This document shows, piece after piece, positions 50,721-61,030 of a stretch of DNA of 64,000 nt. The notes beneath the pieces were generated by a model. The model searched no databases. It was not told the origin of the DNA and saw nothing but the letters and a program-made list of their open reading frames with translations. The position numbers and the translations under genes were made by a program. The DNA is from Phormidesmis sp. (GTDB lineage: Bacteria; Cyanobacteriota; Cyanobacteriia; Leptolyngbyales; Leptolyngbyaceae), in the NCBI GenBank assembly GCA_965248535.1, contig CBDFJR010000002.1, positions 1,184,001 through 1,248,000 of the forward strand. The letters are read 5' to 3'. The first letter of the stretch is position 1. Every line of letters starts with the position of its first letter.

Positions 50721-51479
50721 ATGCCTTCTCTGCGTCCCGATCGCTTCCCTGTCTTTCTGCTTTTCTGCACGCTAGCGCTCACTGCCTGCACAAAACCGCT
50801 CGACTCTACCAAAATCGAAACCTCCATTCGAGACAGCGTGGTTAACCAGGGCGGAACGTCTCTCAAGTCGGTGATTTGCCCCACCGATATCAAGCCAGTC
50901 ACAGGGCAGACGTTTGAATGCGTTGGCGTGTTAGACACAGGGGGCGGAGTCGCGATCGCCGTGACCCAGCAAGACGCTCAAGGCACCGTTCAGTGGGATG
51001 TTCCTAGCGTTAAAGGACTGCTAAACCTAGCGGCTCTACAGTCTACGTTTCGTGAAGGACTGCAAAAATCTGGGGAGCCAATCAGCGTTGACTGCGGTAG
51101 CAATTCCTACAAACCTGCCAAGCCTGGAGAAATCTTTGACTGTAAAGTGCTCAAACGACCCACCAAACCAGATGCAAAAGCAAATCAGTCAGCATCCTCT
51201 ACGGCAAAGCCCAATCAGCCCGATCTGATTCAGGTCAAGGTCGATCTCTCTGGTGACATCAGTTGGCAGCCGATCGTGGAAGTAGCTCAAGCCTCCCCAG
51301 TGGCTACCAACCCGAAGACGGCTGATAAAACTGGCTCCGATCCAGCCGCGTCAGTCCCGTCTCAGCCTGAGAAACCTGCCTCTGCAAGCCCTGAGCCTGA
51401 GTTGTCGGCTCCTCCCACTTCTAAAAAATCGGCAGAAGAGTTTTTGAATCAACCCGGCGCGGCTAACGATTTTGAGTAG
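50721..51479 (+). CDS. DUF4333-like lipoprotein
   Basis: LTAC lipobox; two V.C...G..F.C modules; Pro/Ser-rich tail. Confidence 0.7.
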   Translation: MPSLRPDRFPVFLLFCTLALTACTKPLDSTKIETSIRDSVVNQGGTSLKSVICPTDIKPVTGQTFECVGVLDTGGGVAIAVTQQDAQGTVQWDVPSVKGLLNLAALQSTFREGLQKSGEPISVDCGSNSYKPAKPGEIFDCKVLKRPTKPDAKANQSASSTAKPNQPDLIQVKVDLSGDISWQPIVEVAQASPVATNPKTADKTGSDPAASVPSQPEKPASASPEPELSAPPTSKKSAEEFLNQPGAANDFE

Positions 51480-51482
51480 CTT

Positions 51483-52109
51483 TTAGGCAACCACGATCGG
51501 GGCATCCACCTTTAGCTCTAGCGAGTCTGCACTCAGAGCAGAAATCGGCGTTGTGTCAATCAATCGCTTAAACGGCGAGTCCTCTGGCACTTCTAGGGTG
51601 GCTCCAATCCAACCAAAATTTGCTGAAGCCTTGGCATTAAACCGCAGAAAATCAGCATTCAACAAACTGTAGGCTGGAAACGCGATCGCTTGCCTTAACA
51701 GACTCACCCGCCAGCTAAAACTCAGCGAACACAGCCCCAAACTTCCTTGCCGGACAGTGACTTGCTGCGCGCCCGTCTGCCAGTCAAAGGTCGCTAGCTC
51801 CTTGGGCAATCCCCAAATCTCGCGACCGCCCGCCACCGAATCAGGATTGTCTACATAAATATGAGACACCCAAGCCCCGATCGTGGTTCCTCGCTTCACC
51901 ATGCCCGCCACCACAATCAACTCGTTATAGTCCAAGCTTGAGCCAGCCCCATAGTTTGCCAGGTAGATGCCGCCCAGGGTTTTGCCCGGAGCCGCTGGCA
52001 CGATCGCCAACCCAGGCGGAATAAACGGAGATGCTTTGGCGATGTCAATTAAATGCAGCGTTTGCAGCGCAAATCCTTTCAGTGTCCACGGTGCTTGAGG
52101 ATAGGTCAT
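51483..52109 (-). CDS. Acetoacetate decarboxylase-family protein
   Basis: YPQAPW, YNEL, IYVD..DSVAGGREIWGLPKELA. Confidence 0.85.
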   Translation of the reverse strand: MTYPQAPWTLKGFALQTLHLIDIAKASPFIPPGLAIVPAAPGKTLGGIYLANYGAGSSLDYNELIVVAGMVKRGTTIGAWVSHIYVDNPDSVAGGREIWGLPKELATFDWQTGAQQVTVRQGSLGLCSLSFSWRVSLLRQAIAFPAYSLLNADFLRFNAKASANFGWIGATLEVPEDSPFKRLIDTTPISALSADSLELKVDAPIVVA

Positions 52110-53433
52110 CGAAAACCTCCGAGAAACCCTGACGCTTCAGCGCAGGGAGGAATAGGAGGGGCGACTGGATCGAGTCGCCCCTCTCTGACGCTTCTCACAG
52201 AATAGACGATATACTGTGAGATATGCAGAAAGCCTTCAAGTACCGCTTTTATCCAACACCTGAGCAAGAAACCTTGCTGAGACGGACGATGGGCTGTACT
52301 CGTTTGGTGTATAACCGTGCCCTCGCCGCTAGGACAGAAGCCTGGTATGAGCGTCAGGAGCGGGTTGGGTACGCTGAAACTTCTGCCATGCTGACCGCGT
52401 GGAAGAAGGTAGAAGACCTGCAATTTCTCAACGACGTGAGCTGCGTTCCCCTGCAACAGGGATTGCGCCATCTTCAGAAAGCGTTTAGCAACTTCTTTGC
52501 AGGACGGTCACAATACCCCAACTTCAAGAAGAAACGCAACGGAGGAAGGGCAGAGTTTACCAAATCTGCATTCAAGTTCAGAGAGGGTCAAGTCTTCCTT
52601 GCCAAGGATGCTGAACCGCTCAACATCCGATGGAGCAGGCAACTTCCACCAGAAACCGAACCCTCCACCGTCACAGTGAAACTTTCCCCTGCTGGCAGAT
52701 GGACGGTTTCTCTGGTGGTGGATATTGAGATAGAGCCACTGCCTGAATCGCTCAACCAAGTTGGGATTGATTTGGGTATCACGAGCCTGGTTGCCCTCAG
52801 TACAGGTGAAAAGGTTGCTAACCCCAAGGGCTTCGCCGCTAAACGCCGCAAACTGCGTCGAGCGCAAAAAGCGTTGAGTCGTAAGCAAAAAGGCTCGAAC
52901 AACCGACATAAAGCCAGGGTCAAAGTCGCTAGGGTCTATGCAGAGATTAGCGACACGAGAAATGATTTTCTTCACAAGTTGACGACTCGATTGGTGCGTG
53001 AAAACCAAACCATCGCCGTTGAGGATTTGTCGGTGAAGAATATGGTCAAGAATCGGAAGCTTGCCAAATCCATCAGCGATGCAGCATGGGGCGAATTGGT
53101 CAGACAGCTTGAATATAAGTGCGACTGGTATGGTCGTAGCTTTGTCAAGATTGACCGATGGTTTCCGAGTTCTAAGCGATGTGGGCATTGCGGTCACATT
53201 GTCGATCAGTTGCCGTTGGAGATTCGGGAATGGGACTGCCCTCAGTGCAGGACGCACCATGACCGGGACATCAACGCTGCTAAGAATATTCTTGCGGCAG
53301 GGCTTGCCGTGAAAGTCTGTGGAGCGAACATAAGACCGGATAAGCATTCGCTTTGAGGGCAGTTGCAATGAAGCAGAAACCTAAGTCGTGAGTCTTAGGA
53401 ATCACCGCTCTTTTAGGACGGTGAGGATGTCAA
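52110..53433 (+). mobile_element. IS200/IS605-family non-autonomous element (tnpB only)
   Basis: Left-end hairpins 52116-52183; tnpB; right-end hairpin tcaccg...cggtga then TCAA end at 53433; no tnpA; no HIP1 seen. Confidence 0.85.
52223..53356 (+). CDS. tnpB: RNA-guided endonuclease TnpB
   Basis: KAFKYRFYP, RuvC GIDLG / VEDL / DRDINAA, CGHC and CPQC zinc ribbon. Confidence 0.96.
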   Translation: MQKAFKYRFYPTPEQETLLRRTMGCTRLVYNRALAARTEAWYERQERVGYAETSAMLTAWKKVEDLQFLNDVSCVPLQQGLRHLQKAFSNFFAGRSQYPNFKKKRNGGRAEFTKSAFKFREGQVFLAKDAEPLNIRWSRQLPPETEPSTVTVKLSPAGRWTVSLVVDIEIEPLPESLNQVGIDLGITSLVALSTGEKVANPKGFAAKRRKLRRAQKALSRKQKGSNNRHKARVKVARVYAEISDTRNDFLHKLTTRLVRENQTIAVEDLSVKNMVKNRKLAKSISDAAWGELVRQLEYKCDWYGRSFVKIDRWFPSSKRCGHCGHIVDQLPLEIREWDCPQCRTHHDRDINAAKNILAAGLAVKVCGANIRPDKHSL

Positions 53434-53862
53434 CTCATCGGCTCCTGATCAGGGGACAAACTCAACCTAGACGAGCGGCCCGATCGTGCCCTCCTCAAAG
53501 AGACAGAAATTCAGAACTAGGGCCGCGATCGTCCCTTGCAAAAAATGGTTTAGCGTTCAAAATTCGTGTTAAGAAACATGATCCCCTTGATAGAATGAGC
53601 TTAAATAGGTCTTAACCCTCTCAAAAGTGGGTTAGAAGTTTTAGTCTTTAGCAACCTCTCGATCGAGCTTCTGTAGGATTGTGATCAATCCTACAAACTT
53701 GCAATATTTCTAATTTTTATCAATTTTGTTCTCTGGCAGCCCGTTTCTCTGCTAGACCCGTCGCCTATTCAGCCCGCGATTGGTATACGTAAATACACGA
53801 TTGCAGTAGAATCAATCGTTATCTCTCAGTTCCTGCCCCGCCAACCCTCCGAGCTAGACAGC

Positions 53863-56136
53863 ATGAACGTAGCCGCTTCTACCCCCACCCCAGAGATCAC
53901 GCTTCCTGACTGGTTGCGCGATTGCTTGATTGAGCGATCGCATCCAGACAACCCCACCGCTTCCAAAGACAACGATCTGATTTGTCGAGCCTTTGAGTTT
54001 GCCTATCAGCTTCACGAAGGGCAATATAGAGCTTCAGGAGAACCCTACATTGCTCATCCAGTGGCGGTGGCGGGCTTGCTGCGAGATTTGGGCGGCAGCA
54101 GCGTCATGATCGCAGCGGGCTTCTTGCATGATGTGGTTGAAGACACTGAAATCACCTGCGACGAAATTGAGCAGCGATTTGGGATAGAAGTGCGATGTCT
54201 GGTCGAGGGAGTCACCAAGCTTTCTAAGTTCAACTTCTCTAGTAAGACAGAGCGGCAGGCCGAAAACTTTCGCCGGATGTTTTTGGCGATGGCCCAAGAT
54301 ATTCGGGTGATCATTGTCAAGCTAGCCGATCGCCTCCACAATATGCGAACTCTAGAGCATCTGCCTAACGAAAAACAGTGCCGCATTGCCCTAGAAACGC
54401 GAGAAATTTTTGCCCCCCTCGCCAATCGTTTAGGCATTGGCAATCTCAAATGGGAGCTAGAAGACCTCGCGTTTAAATATCTCGAAACTGACGCTTATCA
54501 AGATATTAAACAACGAGTCGCCGAAAAGCGGGGCGATCGCGAAAGCCAGCTTACCCAAGTCGCTCAAACATTTAAAGAGCGCATGACTCAACTAGGCGTT
54601 GACTGCATTGAGGTGAGCGGTCGCCCCAAACATCTCTACGGCATTTATCAAAAAATGCAGCGTCAGCAAAAAGATTATGAACAGATCTATGACGTGGCGG
54701 CTATTCGCATTATTGTCAACACCAACGACGAATGCTATCGAGCCTTAGCCGTTGTTCATGATATGTTTCGCCCCATTCCTGGACGCTTTAAAGATTACAT
54801 TGGGCTGCCTAAATCCAATCGCTATCAGTCGCTGCATACCGTGGTGATTGGCAGCACGGGTCGCCCCCTAGAAGTGCAGATTCGCACCCTAGAAATGCAC
54901 CACGTTGCTGAATATGGCATTGCGGCTCACTGGAAATATAAAGAAGCCGGAAGTTCTAGCACGCAGCAGATGACCACCACCGATGAAAAGTTCACCTGGT
55001 TGCGGCAGCTACTCGACTGGCAAAATGACCTCAAAGATGCTCAAGAATATTTAGAGAGCATCAAAGACAATCTGTTTGATGGCGATGTTTTCGTGTTTAC
55101 GCCCCGCGGCGAAGTGGTGTCTCTTGGCTCTCGATCGACCCCCGTTGATTTTGCCTATCGCATTCACACTGAGGTGGGCAATCGCTGTGCAGGCGCTAAA
55201 GTCAATGGGCGAATGGTCACGCTCGATACGACATTGCACAACGGTGACATTATTGAAATTCTGACCCAAAAAAATGCTCGCCCCAGCTTAGACTGGCTCA
55301 ATTTTGTCGTCACCTCCGGGGCACGGAACCGAATTAGACAGTGGTATAAGCGATCGCACCGCAGCGAAAACGTCTTGCGTGGGCGCGAAATGCTAGAAAA
55401 AGAACTGGGCAAAAATGGCTTTGAAGCGCTGCTCAAGTCTTCGCCCATGCAAGCCGCCGCCGAACGATGTAACTATCACAGCGTCGAAGATTTATTAGCG
55501 GCGATCGGGTATGGCGAGATGACCCTCAATCTGGCCCTCAATCGAATTCGAGAAGCGGTCAAAGCCCAGCAGCCCCTTGCCAAAGTCTCTGACGCTGACA
55601 GTATTTCGGCTGATCCCCAGCTTTTATTGCCCTCTGCTCCGATGCTGCGATCCTTGCCGCCCGCGACGACGACAAAATCCCCGATCGCCGGGGTCGAGGG
55701 ATTGCTCTATCACCTCGCAGGCTGCTGCAACCCGGTGCCCGGTGAAGCGATTATTGGGGTCGTCACCCGCAGCAATCGCGGCATCTCCATTCATCGTCAA
55801 GGCTGTAGCAACTTAGAGCAAGTTGACGGCGATCGCTTAGTGCCCGTGAGTTGGAACCCCACCAGCCGACAGGGTGGCAGACCTCAAACCTATCCAGTCT
55901 GCATTCAGATCGATGTCATCGATCGCGTCGGGGTGCTCAAAGATATTCTGTCTCGCTTGACCGACAACACGATCAACGTTCGCAATGCTCAAGTCAAAAC
56001 CTTTCCCGATCAGACTGCTGTCATCGATTTGGGCATTGACATTTGCGACCATGCACAGCTAGAGCGCACGTTTGCCCAAGTCAGAAAAATGACCGACGTG
56101 TTAAATTTGCGCCGCGTCAATCAGGTCGAAGAATAG
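53863..56136 (+). CDS. rel: Bifunctional (p)ppGpp synthetase/hydrolase (RelA/SpoT)
   Basis: HDVVEDT, KLADRLHNMRTL, YQSLHT, EVQIRT, TGS and ACT domains. Confidence 0.97.
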   Translation: MNVAASTPTPEITLPDWLRDCLIERSHPDNPTASKDNDLICRAFEFAYQLHEGQYRASGEPYIAHPVAVAGLLRDLGGSSVMIAAGFLHDVVEDTEITCDEIEQRFGIEVRCLVEGVTKLSKFNFSSKTERQAENFRRMFLAMAQDIRVIIVKLADRLHNMRTLEHLPNEKQCRIALETREIFAPLANRLGIGNLKWELEDLAFKYLETDAYQDIKQRVAEKRGDRESQLTQVAQTFKERMTQLGVDCIEVSGRPKHLYGIYQKMQRQQKDYEQIYDVAAIRIIVNTNDECYRALAVVHDMFRPIPGRFKDYIGLPKSNRYQSLHTVVIGSTGRPLEVQIRTLEMHHVAEYGIAAHWKYKEAGSSSTQQMTTTDEKFTWLRQLLDWQNDLKDAQEYLESIKDNLFDGDVFVFTPRGEVVSLGSRSTPVDFAYRIHTEVGNRCAGAKVNGRMVTLDTTLHNGDIIEILTQKNARPSLDWLNFVVTSGARNRIRQWYKRSHRSENVLRGREMLEKELGKNGFEALLKSSPMQAAAERCNYHSVEDLLAAIGYGEMTLNLALNRIREAVKAQQPLAKVSDADSISADPQLLLPSAPMLRSLPPATTTKSPIAGVEGLLYHLAGCCNPVPGEAIIGVVTRSNRGISIHRQGCSNLEQVDGDRLVPVSWNPTSRQGGRPQTYPVCIQIDVIDRVGVLKDILSRLTDNTINVRNAQVKTFPDQTAVIDLGIDICDHAQLERTFAQVRKMTDVLNLRRVNQVEE

Positions 56137-56726
56137 TCAACTCGCCCTTCCCTCAATTCAGCCCGCCTAAATGCTCCTGATTTGAGCGCTGAAAGCGGAA
56201 TATGACTCCTATCGGCTGTATCAAGAAATACGCCGTTCTCAGTTCAGACCACGGCGTGCTGAACGTAACGTTCGTTTGACAAACGTCGCTGGCTCTGGCT
56301 AGAAATTCGGGAAGCCCTTGGGAACGAGTCCAAAAAACTCGTCGAACTGGCGTTAAAGTAACTTAAGCGATCGCATCCACGATCGAGCCTACAATGCTGT
56401 GGGAACAAACTGGAGTTAGACATTCGTCAATCACCAAAGTTACGGATCTAGTAGAGAAAAACATAAAGCTGTGATGGGCAGTTTGAAGTGGCTGTATTTA
56501 GTTTTGATTAAGTGACTCCAATTACACCGAGAAGATCCCTAGCTCAGTTAAGATTGGCGATAACTATGACCTCTTCAGACGTGAGGTTATGTATTTATAC
56601 TCGGTTGATGGAAGGATTTAAATCGTATGCAAACCATTGCCCCATCTCTATTTTTCAAGGAACGCCCGACGATCACGAGAGCGCGCTTGTTAAACTCCAA
56701 CCCTTGCGTATAGGAGTTCCCCACAG

Positions 56727-58037
56727 ATGAGCACCTGGACAACCTATCGCAATCGTGACATCACTCAAGAAGAACAAAGACTCTATAATCATTTCCTCGA
56801 TCGAGTGCAGTGTGAGTCGCCCCGGCAGTTAATCGATCGCTTCCGATCTCTGTTTATCGAGGGCACCAGCTATGACCCGCAAGTTCTGACAGACTTAGAT
56901 AAAGTCGTCGCGTCAAAAGTTGCTGACCAAGAATTTAAGTTTGTGCTCAACCGCTGCTGCCACATTTTGATCAACCGTTGGCAAGCTCGACCCCAGTCAC
57001 AGCGGGCGATCGTTGAGTTAGTGGCGCTGCTGTCATCGCTGCCCACCCGCCCCGTGATGGAATATTCTCGCACCCGCACCGTTAAGCAACTGCGAGAGCT
57101 TGTCAAGCAGTTTCTAGAGACCGAGCAATATCTGACGCTGCGCCGCCTATCTCAACTGATGATTCAGGGAGCCGAGACCCACAGCGCCGAAACCTCGCCT
57201 CTAGGAACGCTGATCCGTCGCTATCCCTATCTCTATGAGCACTGTCTGGTGAGTGAGGGCAGCCCCGATGAGCACCAAGAATCGATCAGAAAAATTCAAA
57301 CTCAGGTGCAGAGACAGTATGAGATTGACCTATCTCAATATGTGACTTATCAGGTCAGACGATCGTTTGAGCGTCATGAAACGTCTTTGGTCTCACCCAT
57401 CATCACGTCTGCTCAGATTTCCCCTCGCTTGATTACCCCTGTTAAGAACCCAACATTGCTTGAAGATTGTGAGCTAAGGTTTGCCTTGCAGCAGTTTGCA
57501 GGCAAAATTGAGGGGGCCTACACCCATCGAGACATTGCCCAGCGCTTTCTGAGTCACGCGAGCGACACAAAATCATTTAGAGCCTTTAAAGACGATCTCT
57601 ACCAATACATCACCGCTTCGATCGACGCTGACTATGGCAAGCGGCAGTTTAACAACCAGCTTTATGCTCACCTGCAAGCCACCTTGCCTGAATGTGATTT
57701 TCAGCCATTAAATGATTTTCTGATTGTTAGAACCTGTAGCCAACTCCTAAACTTCTTAGTCGTCGAAAGCTCGCAGCAGCCTCAGCACTTTGTTTTTGTC
57801 GATCTGCTGTTAAACCTAGGCCCAACTTTGACGACAAGCCTGTTGCTCAAGATTGTGCTGCTCTGTCGCAAGGTTAAGCCCTACCTCGAAAAGCGCTTTT
57901 CAATTTTGTTTAGCCATTATGAGTCTCACGCCCGCAACTGCGTCCACTGGCTGATCGCAGCGATGGAAAATTTGCACATTGCCCTGAGCACAAACTTCAG
58001 CACCCTTAATCTCTGTTTTCTTAATCAGCTAGGTTAG
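56727..58037 (+). CDS. Conserved hypothetical alpha-helical protein
   Basis: 436-aa ORF with AGGAG RBS; no recognisable catalytic motif. Confidence 0.75.
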   Translation: MSTWTTYRNRDITQEEQRLYNHFLDRVQCESPRQLIDRFRSLFIEGTSYDPQVLTDLDKVVASKVADQEFKFVLNRCCHILINRWQARPQSQRAIVELVALLSSLPTRPVMEYSRTRTVKQLRELVKQFLETEQYLTLRRLSQLMIQGAETHSAETSPLGTLIRRYPYLYEHCLVSEGSPDEHQESIRKIQTQVQRQYEIDLSQYVTYQVRRSFERHETSLVSPIITSAQISPRLITPVKNPTLLEDCELRFALQQFAGKIEGAYTHRDIAQRFLSHASDTKSFRAFKDDLYQYITASIDADYGKRQFNNQLYAHLQATLPECDFQPLNDFLIVRTCSQLLNFLVVESSQQPQHFVFVDLLLNLGPTLTTSLLLKIVLLCRKVKPYLEKRFSILFSHYESHARNCVHWLIAAMENLHIALSTNFSTLNLCFLNQLG

Positions 58038-58222
58038 AGCTTAAGCGATCACTCAGACTTAAGCCATGACTGCTGTGAGCGTTTGCCTACCGATTTGCAG
58101 TCTAGGGGCTTCGTTTAGAATAAGAGTGTGGTTAGTCTAAAAGATGGCACAGATCTGTAGTGCCTTCTAACCTGCCTACAGTCTATACTATTTAACGAAA
58201 AGTTTGAGGAACACTCTGGACA

Positions 58223-58402
58223 ATGACTCAAGTAGTTCTCGGTGAAAACGAAGGTATCGACTCAGCGTTACGCCGATTTAAGCGGCAAGTCTCTAAGGCA
58301 GGGATTCTAGCAGACGTGAGATCCCATCGCCACTTTGAAACTCCGATCGAGAAACGCAAGCGCAAGGAAGTGATCGCCCGTCGCACTCAGCGCTATCGTT
58401 AA
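58223..58402 (+). CDS. rpsU: 30S ribosomal protein S21
   Basis: Hand translation [48 protein letters not shown]...; 59 aa, below the ORF-track cutoff. Confidence 0.95.
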   Translation: MTQVVLGENEGIDSALRRFKRQVSKAGILADVRSHRHFETPIEKRKRKEVIARRTQRYR

Positions 58403-58511
58403 ATCGGCTGTTAGGATCAAGAGAGAAGGAGTGGCGGTCTGAGTTTTTTGGCTCGTGCACTGCATTTTGTTGATGTCGCTCTTGTTCTTGCTGCCCTAAT
58501 TTTCACAACCG

Positions 58512-60008
58512 ATGTCAAACCCAGCCGCAGATTCAGGTGATTTGTCCTCTGTCTTCTATCAAACCGGGCTGAGTCAGGGCTTAGACGAGGCCATTCTCAG
58601 CTTTGATGAGATTCAGACAGAACTCAACTATAAACAAGCTCAGACTGCCCTGCGCGATCTGGTCGAAAATTTAGATTTGACCCCCCAAGAGCGATCGGGG
58701 TTAGAGCCAGAGATCAACGGTCTAGAAACCATGTTGGATAAACTGGATCGGCTGGTCGTGCATATTGCAGCGTTTGGCATGGTAGGGCGAGGCAAATCGT
58801 CGATCTTAAATGCGCTTTTGGGGCAACAGGTGTTTGAAACCGGCCCGATTCATGGGGTGACTCAAAGCCAGCAGTCAGCCAGTTGGAGCCTGACTCGTGA
58901 AGCGATCGTGGGCAGCGATCGTGAGATTTTGCGCGTTTCTCTCCCCGGCATTCATCACTCTCAGGTTGAACTCATTGACACACCGGGGATCGATGAAGTG
59001 GACGGAGAAGCGCGAGAAGCTTTGGCCCGCCAGGTGGCAAAGCACGTAGACTTGCTGCTGTTCATCATTTCGGGCGACATGACAAAGGTCGAGTTTCAAG
59101 CGCTCTCAGAGTTGCGAGAAGTCGGCAAGCCAATGATTTTGGTCTTAAACAAAATTGATCAATATCCCGATGCCGATCGGGTGAGTGTCTATGAAAAAAT
59201 TCGAGACGAGCGGGTGAAAGAACTGCTCTCGCCTGACGAAATTGTGATGGCGGCCGCCTCTCCGCTCATGGCCAGAGCGGTGAAGAGTCCCGATGGTCGC
59301 ACGTCGGTGCAGTTGAGCACAGGCGAACCGCAGGTAGAAGACCTAAAGCTAAAAATTCTAGAAATCTTGCATCGCGAAGGAAAATCGCTGGTGGCGCTCA
59401 ACACCATGCTCTACGCCGATGATGTCAATGAGCAGTTGGTGCAGCGCAAAATGATGATTCGGGAGCAAACCGCCAATCGCATCATTTGGAATGGGGTGAT
59501 CACAAAAGCGGTGGCGATCGCCCTCAACCCGATCACGGTGCTAGACATTCTCAGCAGCGCGGCGATCGATGTGGCGATGATTCTCGCGATGTCAAAACTC
59601 TATGGGATTAGCATGACGCAGCAGGGCGCGATCGGGCTGTTAAAAAAAATCGCGATCACAATGGGTGGGATCACCGCTAGTGAGCTATTAGCAACGCTAG
59701 GGCTGAGTTCTCTCAAAGGTTTGTTGGGTTTAGCAACCCCTGCAACAGGCGGACTCGCGCTTGCACCTTACTTTTCGGTGGCGTTGACGCAGGCAGGAGT
59801 CGCAGGCGTTTCATCTTATGGAATCGGGCAAGTGACCAAAGCCTATCTCGCTAACGGTGCATCTTGGGGACCAGATGGGCCTAAAGCCGTGGTAAATCGG
59901 ATTTTGTCTTCTTTGGATGAAGCATCGATTCTTAATCGCATCAAAGGTGAGTTACGAGCCAAACTCGATCTACAGGGGCGACGAACGGATGCGAAGGGCG
60001 AAAGTTAG
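58512..60008 (+). CDS. Era-like GTP-binding protein with DUF697 domain
   Basis: GMVGRGKS, DTPG, NKID; C-terminal hydrophobic helices and ASWG..GPK. Confidence 0.85.
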   Translation: MSNPAADSGDLSSVFYQTGLSQGLDEAILSFDEIQTELNYKQAQTALRDLVENLDLTPQERSGLEPEINGLETMLDKLDRLVVHIAAFGMVGRGKSSILNALLGQQVFETGPIHGVTQSQQSASWSLTREAIVGSDREILRVSLPGIHHSQVELIDTPGIDEVDGEAREALARQVAKHVDLLLFIISGDMTKVEFQALSELREVGKPMILVLNKIDQYPDADRVSVYEKIRDERVKELLSPDEIVMAAASPLMARAVKSPDGRTSVQLSTGEPQVEDLKLKILEILHREGKSLVALNTMLYADDVNEQLVQRKMMIREQTANRIIWNGVITKAVAIALNPITVLDILSSAAIDVAMILAMSKLYGISMTQQGAIGLLKKIAITMGGITASELLATLGLSSLKGLLGLATPATGGLALAPYFSVALTQAGVAGVSSYGIGQVTKAYLANGASWGPDGPKAVVNRILSSLDEASILNRIKGELRAKLDLQGRRTDAKGES

Positions 60009-60101
60009 CTAAAACAGTTGGTTCACTAAGTTTATTGTGTTGCTGCTCAGGGCCTGACGGCGGATTTATCCTGTTGCTCTCTAGCTGCAAAGGCAAGGAA
60101 G

Positions 60102-60308
60102 TTACGCAGCTAAAAGAGGCACTCCTAGTGCTTGTAAATTAATAGTTTCTACATTGCGGGAATAGTTATCTAAGGTAATCGCAACAACTTTGCCATCACT
60201 GTCATAGTCCAGAATCAAATCATCGGTAATGGCATCTGTTGCAGCGACTGGTTCTGTGGTTAGCTCGATCGCTAGAGTGTCTGTTTCAGGAAAATACTGG
60301 ATTTTTAT
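60102..60308 (-). pseudogene. DUF2283-family antitoxin-like gene with ATA in place of ATG
   Basis: (I)KIQYFPETDTLAIEL...DLILDYDSDGKVVAI; GAGGTG RBS upstream; in-frame stop 4 codons upstream of the ATA. Confidence 0.65.
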
Positions 60309-60377
60309 TGGGGTTCTTCACCTCGCTGCTGTCGCTTGTAGAAGTTACGGTCATCGTCTAGGTTGAAGCCGTAAGTC

Positions 60378-60632
60378 TCAAGCGGTTTGTGGAATAGATT
60401 GTCTGAGATTATAAAGAAATTCTGGGGCAAAATCTGCGCCATTTGACCATTCGATCGTGTTAGTTTCTGGATTTAGGAAAACTTGTTTGAATAGCTCTAT
60501 ATCTTTGAGGGGTTCAAAGATTTCGCCATAGAGTTCTTCTGCTAGATCAATCTCTTGAGTAACGCGATCGCTGAAGGTAAGTCTAAGTTTGTAGGCTTCT
60601 AAATATTCAAGCTTTTCTACACGAAGAAACAT
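60378..60632 (-). CDS. DUF2442-family antitoxin
   Basis: YKLRLTFSD...GEIFEPLKD...TIEWSNGADFAPEFLY. Confidence 0.85.
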   Translation of the reverse strand: MFLRVEKLEYLEAYKLRLTFSDRVTQEIDLAEELYGEIFEPLKDIELFKQVFLNPETNTIEWSNGADFAPEFLYNLRQSIPQTA

Positions 60633-60644
60633 AATGACCTCTAG

Positions 60645-60761
60645 TTATTGCAACGGTTGAATATCGCGTAGCGCTCTGCGTTGTCTAGCAAGCTCCCAAT
60701 TATCCATGAGTTCTGCTTGATGCAAATCTAACCATTCAAGCACCATCCTTAATGTTTTTTT
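60645..60761 (-). pseudogene. 3' remnant of a DUF4160-family toxin
   Basis: KKTLRMVLEWLDLHQAELMDNWELARQRRALRDIQPLQ*, directly upstream of DUF2442; 5' half absent. Confidence 0.7.
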
Positions 60762-60763
60762 AT

Positions 60764-61030
60764 TTAGGGAAAGTAGCGGTACATTTCTTTGCGATGAAGG
60801 ACTCTCACAAAAACGATTCCAGTTTCATTCAAGACTAAACCGATGCGGTAGTTGCCTACGCGAATGCGATAGTAGTTGCCATCGGCTTTGAGTTTTTTAA
60901 GATTGTTGACCTCTATTAGGTTGACCGCTGCTTCTGCTTCTTCAATGACGGCTTGAATTTTTTGTAACAAGTTGGCATCACGGAGTTTGCTAAGGTCTTT
61001 CTCAAAGCTTTTTCTAAACGTGATGATCAC
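60764..61030 (-). CDS. RelE/ParE-family toxin
   Basis: KSFEKDL...LKKLK...YRIRVGNYRIG...VLHRKEMYRYFP. Confidence 0.9.
   Translation of the reverse strand: MIITFRKSFEKDLSKLRDANLLQKIQAVIEEAEAAVNLIEVNNLKKLKADGNYYRIRVGNYRIGLVLNETGIVFVRVLHRKEMYRYFP

Noticed and set aside
52508..53368. 286-aa minus-strand ORF
   Set aside because: Antisense shadow of tnpB with no HUH/Y1 transposase motif, so not tnpA
56512..56730. 72-aa ORF overlapping the next gene by ATGA
   Set aside because: No recognisable motif or RBS; the overlap may be chance
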